A stretch of 64,000 nt of DNA, taken from positions 26,784,001-26,848,000 of the forward strand of contig NC_091980.1 of NCBI RefSeq assembly GCF_044704955.1, written 5' to 3'. A program made the position numbers and the translations under genes. The DNA comes from Pristiophorus japonicus. Taxonomy: Eukaryota. Positions 63,201 to 64,000 of the stretch are shown here, piece after piece. The notes under the pieces are model-generated. The model saw only the letters and a program-made list of their open reading frames with translations, was not told where the DNA came from and searched no databases. Position 1 is the first letter of the stretch, and every line of letters begins with the position of its first letter.

Positions 63201-64000
63201 CTCGCATACAGCGATGGGCTCTCACGCTGGCTGCATATGACTGCACCATACGGCACTGGCCGGGCACCAAAAATTGCGCTGATGCGCTCAGCAGGCTTCC
63301 ACTGGCCACTACTGAGGGGGCAGCGGAGCAAAGCGCTGAGATGGTCATGGCTGTCGATGCCTTTGACAGTGCAGGCTCCCCCATCAAGGCTCACCAGATC
63401 AAAACCTGGACAAACAGAGATCCCTTCCTATCTCTGATTAAGAAATGTGTCCTGACTGGGGATTGGGCGCCCGCACACGGAGCATGCCCTGAAGAGCTCA
63501 GACCGTTTCACAGTCGGATGGATGAACTCTCCATCCAAACCGACTGCCTACTATGCCCCAGGGAAGCATTCATCAGGGAACTCCACAGCAAGCACCCAAG
63601 CATCGTTCTAATGAAGGCCATTGCCCGGTCACATGTATGGTGGCCAGGAATTGACTTAGACCTGGAACACTGTTCGCAGATGCACGACGTGTGCCCAGCT
63701 GGGCAATGCCCCCAGGGAGGCCCCACTCAACCCGTGGTCCTGGCCCACCAAGCCATGGTGATGTATTCACGTAGACTACACGGGTCCGTTCATGGGAAAA
63801 ATGTTCCTCATTGTTGTTGATGCATACTCGAAATGGATCGAGTGCATCATTTTGAATTCGTGCATGACATCCACCACAGTGGAGAGTCTGCGTGCAGCCT
63901 TTGCGACCCACGGCTTGCCGGACATCCTAGTTAGCGACAATGGCGCGTGTTTCACTAGCTATGAATTCCGGGAGTTCATGTCAGGTAACGGCATTAAACA
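60252..64000 (+). mobile_element. Ty3/Gypsy (Mag-like) element running off the window; 5' LTR 60252-60500
   Basis: TGTCA...AACA LTR with TATATAA and AATAAA, PBS TGGCGACG, gag from 60538. CWRC..H..C/CRNC...GHLARMC, ELDTEASQS, FQDDILI, TCDASSYG and integrase start. Confidence 0.95.

Overview
Repeat-dominated vertebrate genomic DNA, most likely from a cartilaginous fish (shark). That assignment is inferred from the Deu-domain/SacSINE1-like SINEs and the CR1/L2/RTE, Mag-like Gypsy and Harbinger repertoire. Most of the window is nested, decayed transposable elements. Two immunoglobulin-superfamily loci point away from each other. (1) On +, a MAG/Siglec-like gene has a leader exon (35671-35716) and a clean 357-nt V-set exon (45398-45754) in which the essential sialic-acid-binding Arg is replaced by Tyr; further exons were not seen and probably lie beyond the window. 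(2) On -, an Ig-domain gene has leader, V-like and C2-like exons (16105-14766) and looks pseudogenised: GTG start, 1-nt frameshift, shortened V exon, missing canonical Cys. Other notable items are decayed minimal hammerhead-ribozyme motifs in short Penelope-type repeats, two inverted 33-bp minisatellites grown out of SINEs that bracket the Siglec exons, a near full-length CR1 with TATA-bearing tandem 5' monomers, two-gene Harbinger transposons, a candidate solo LTR and a deeply nested TE pile. All calls were made by eye with no database searches; TE boundaries are approximate unless a TSD or TIR is quoted.
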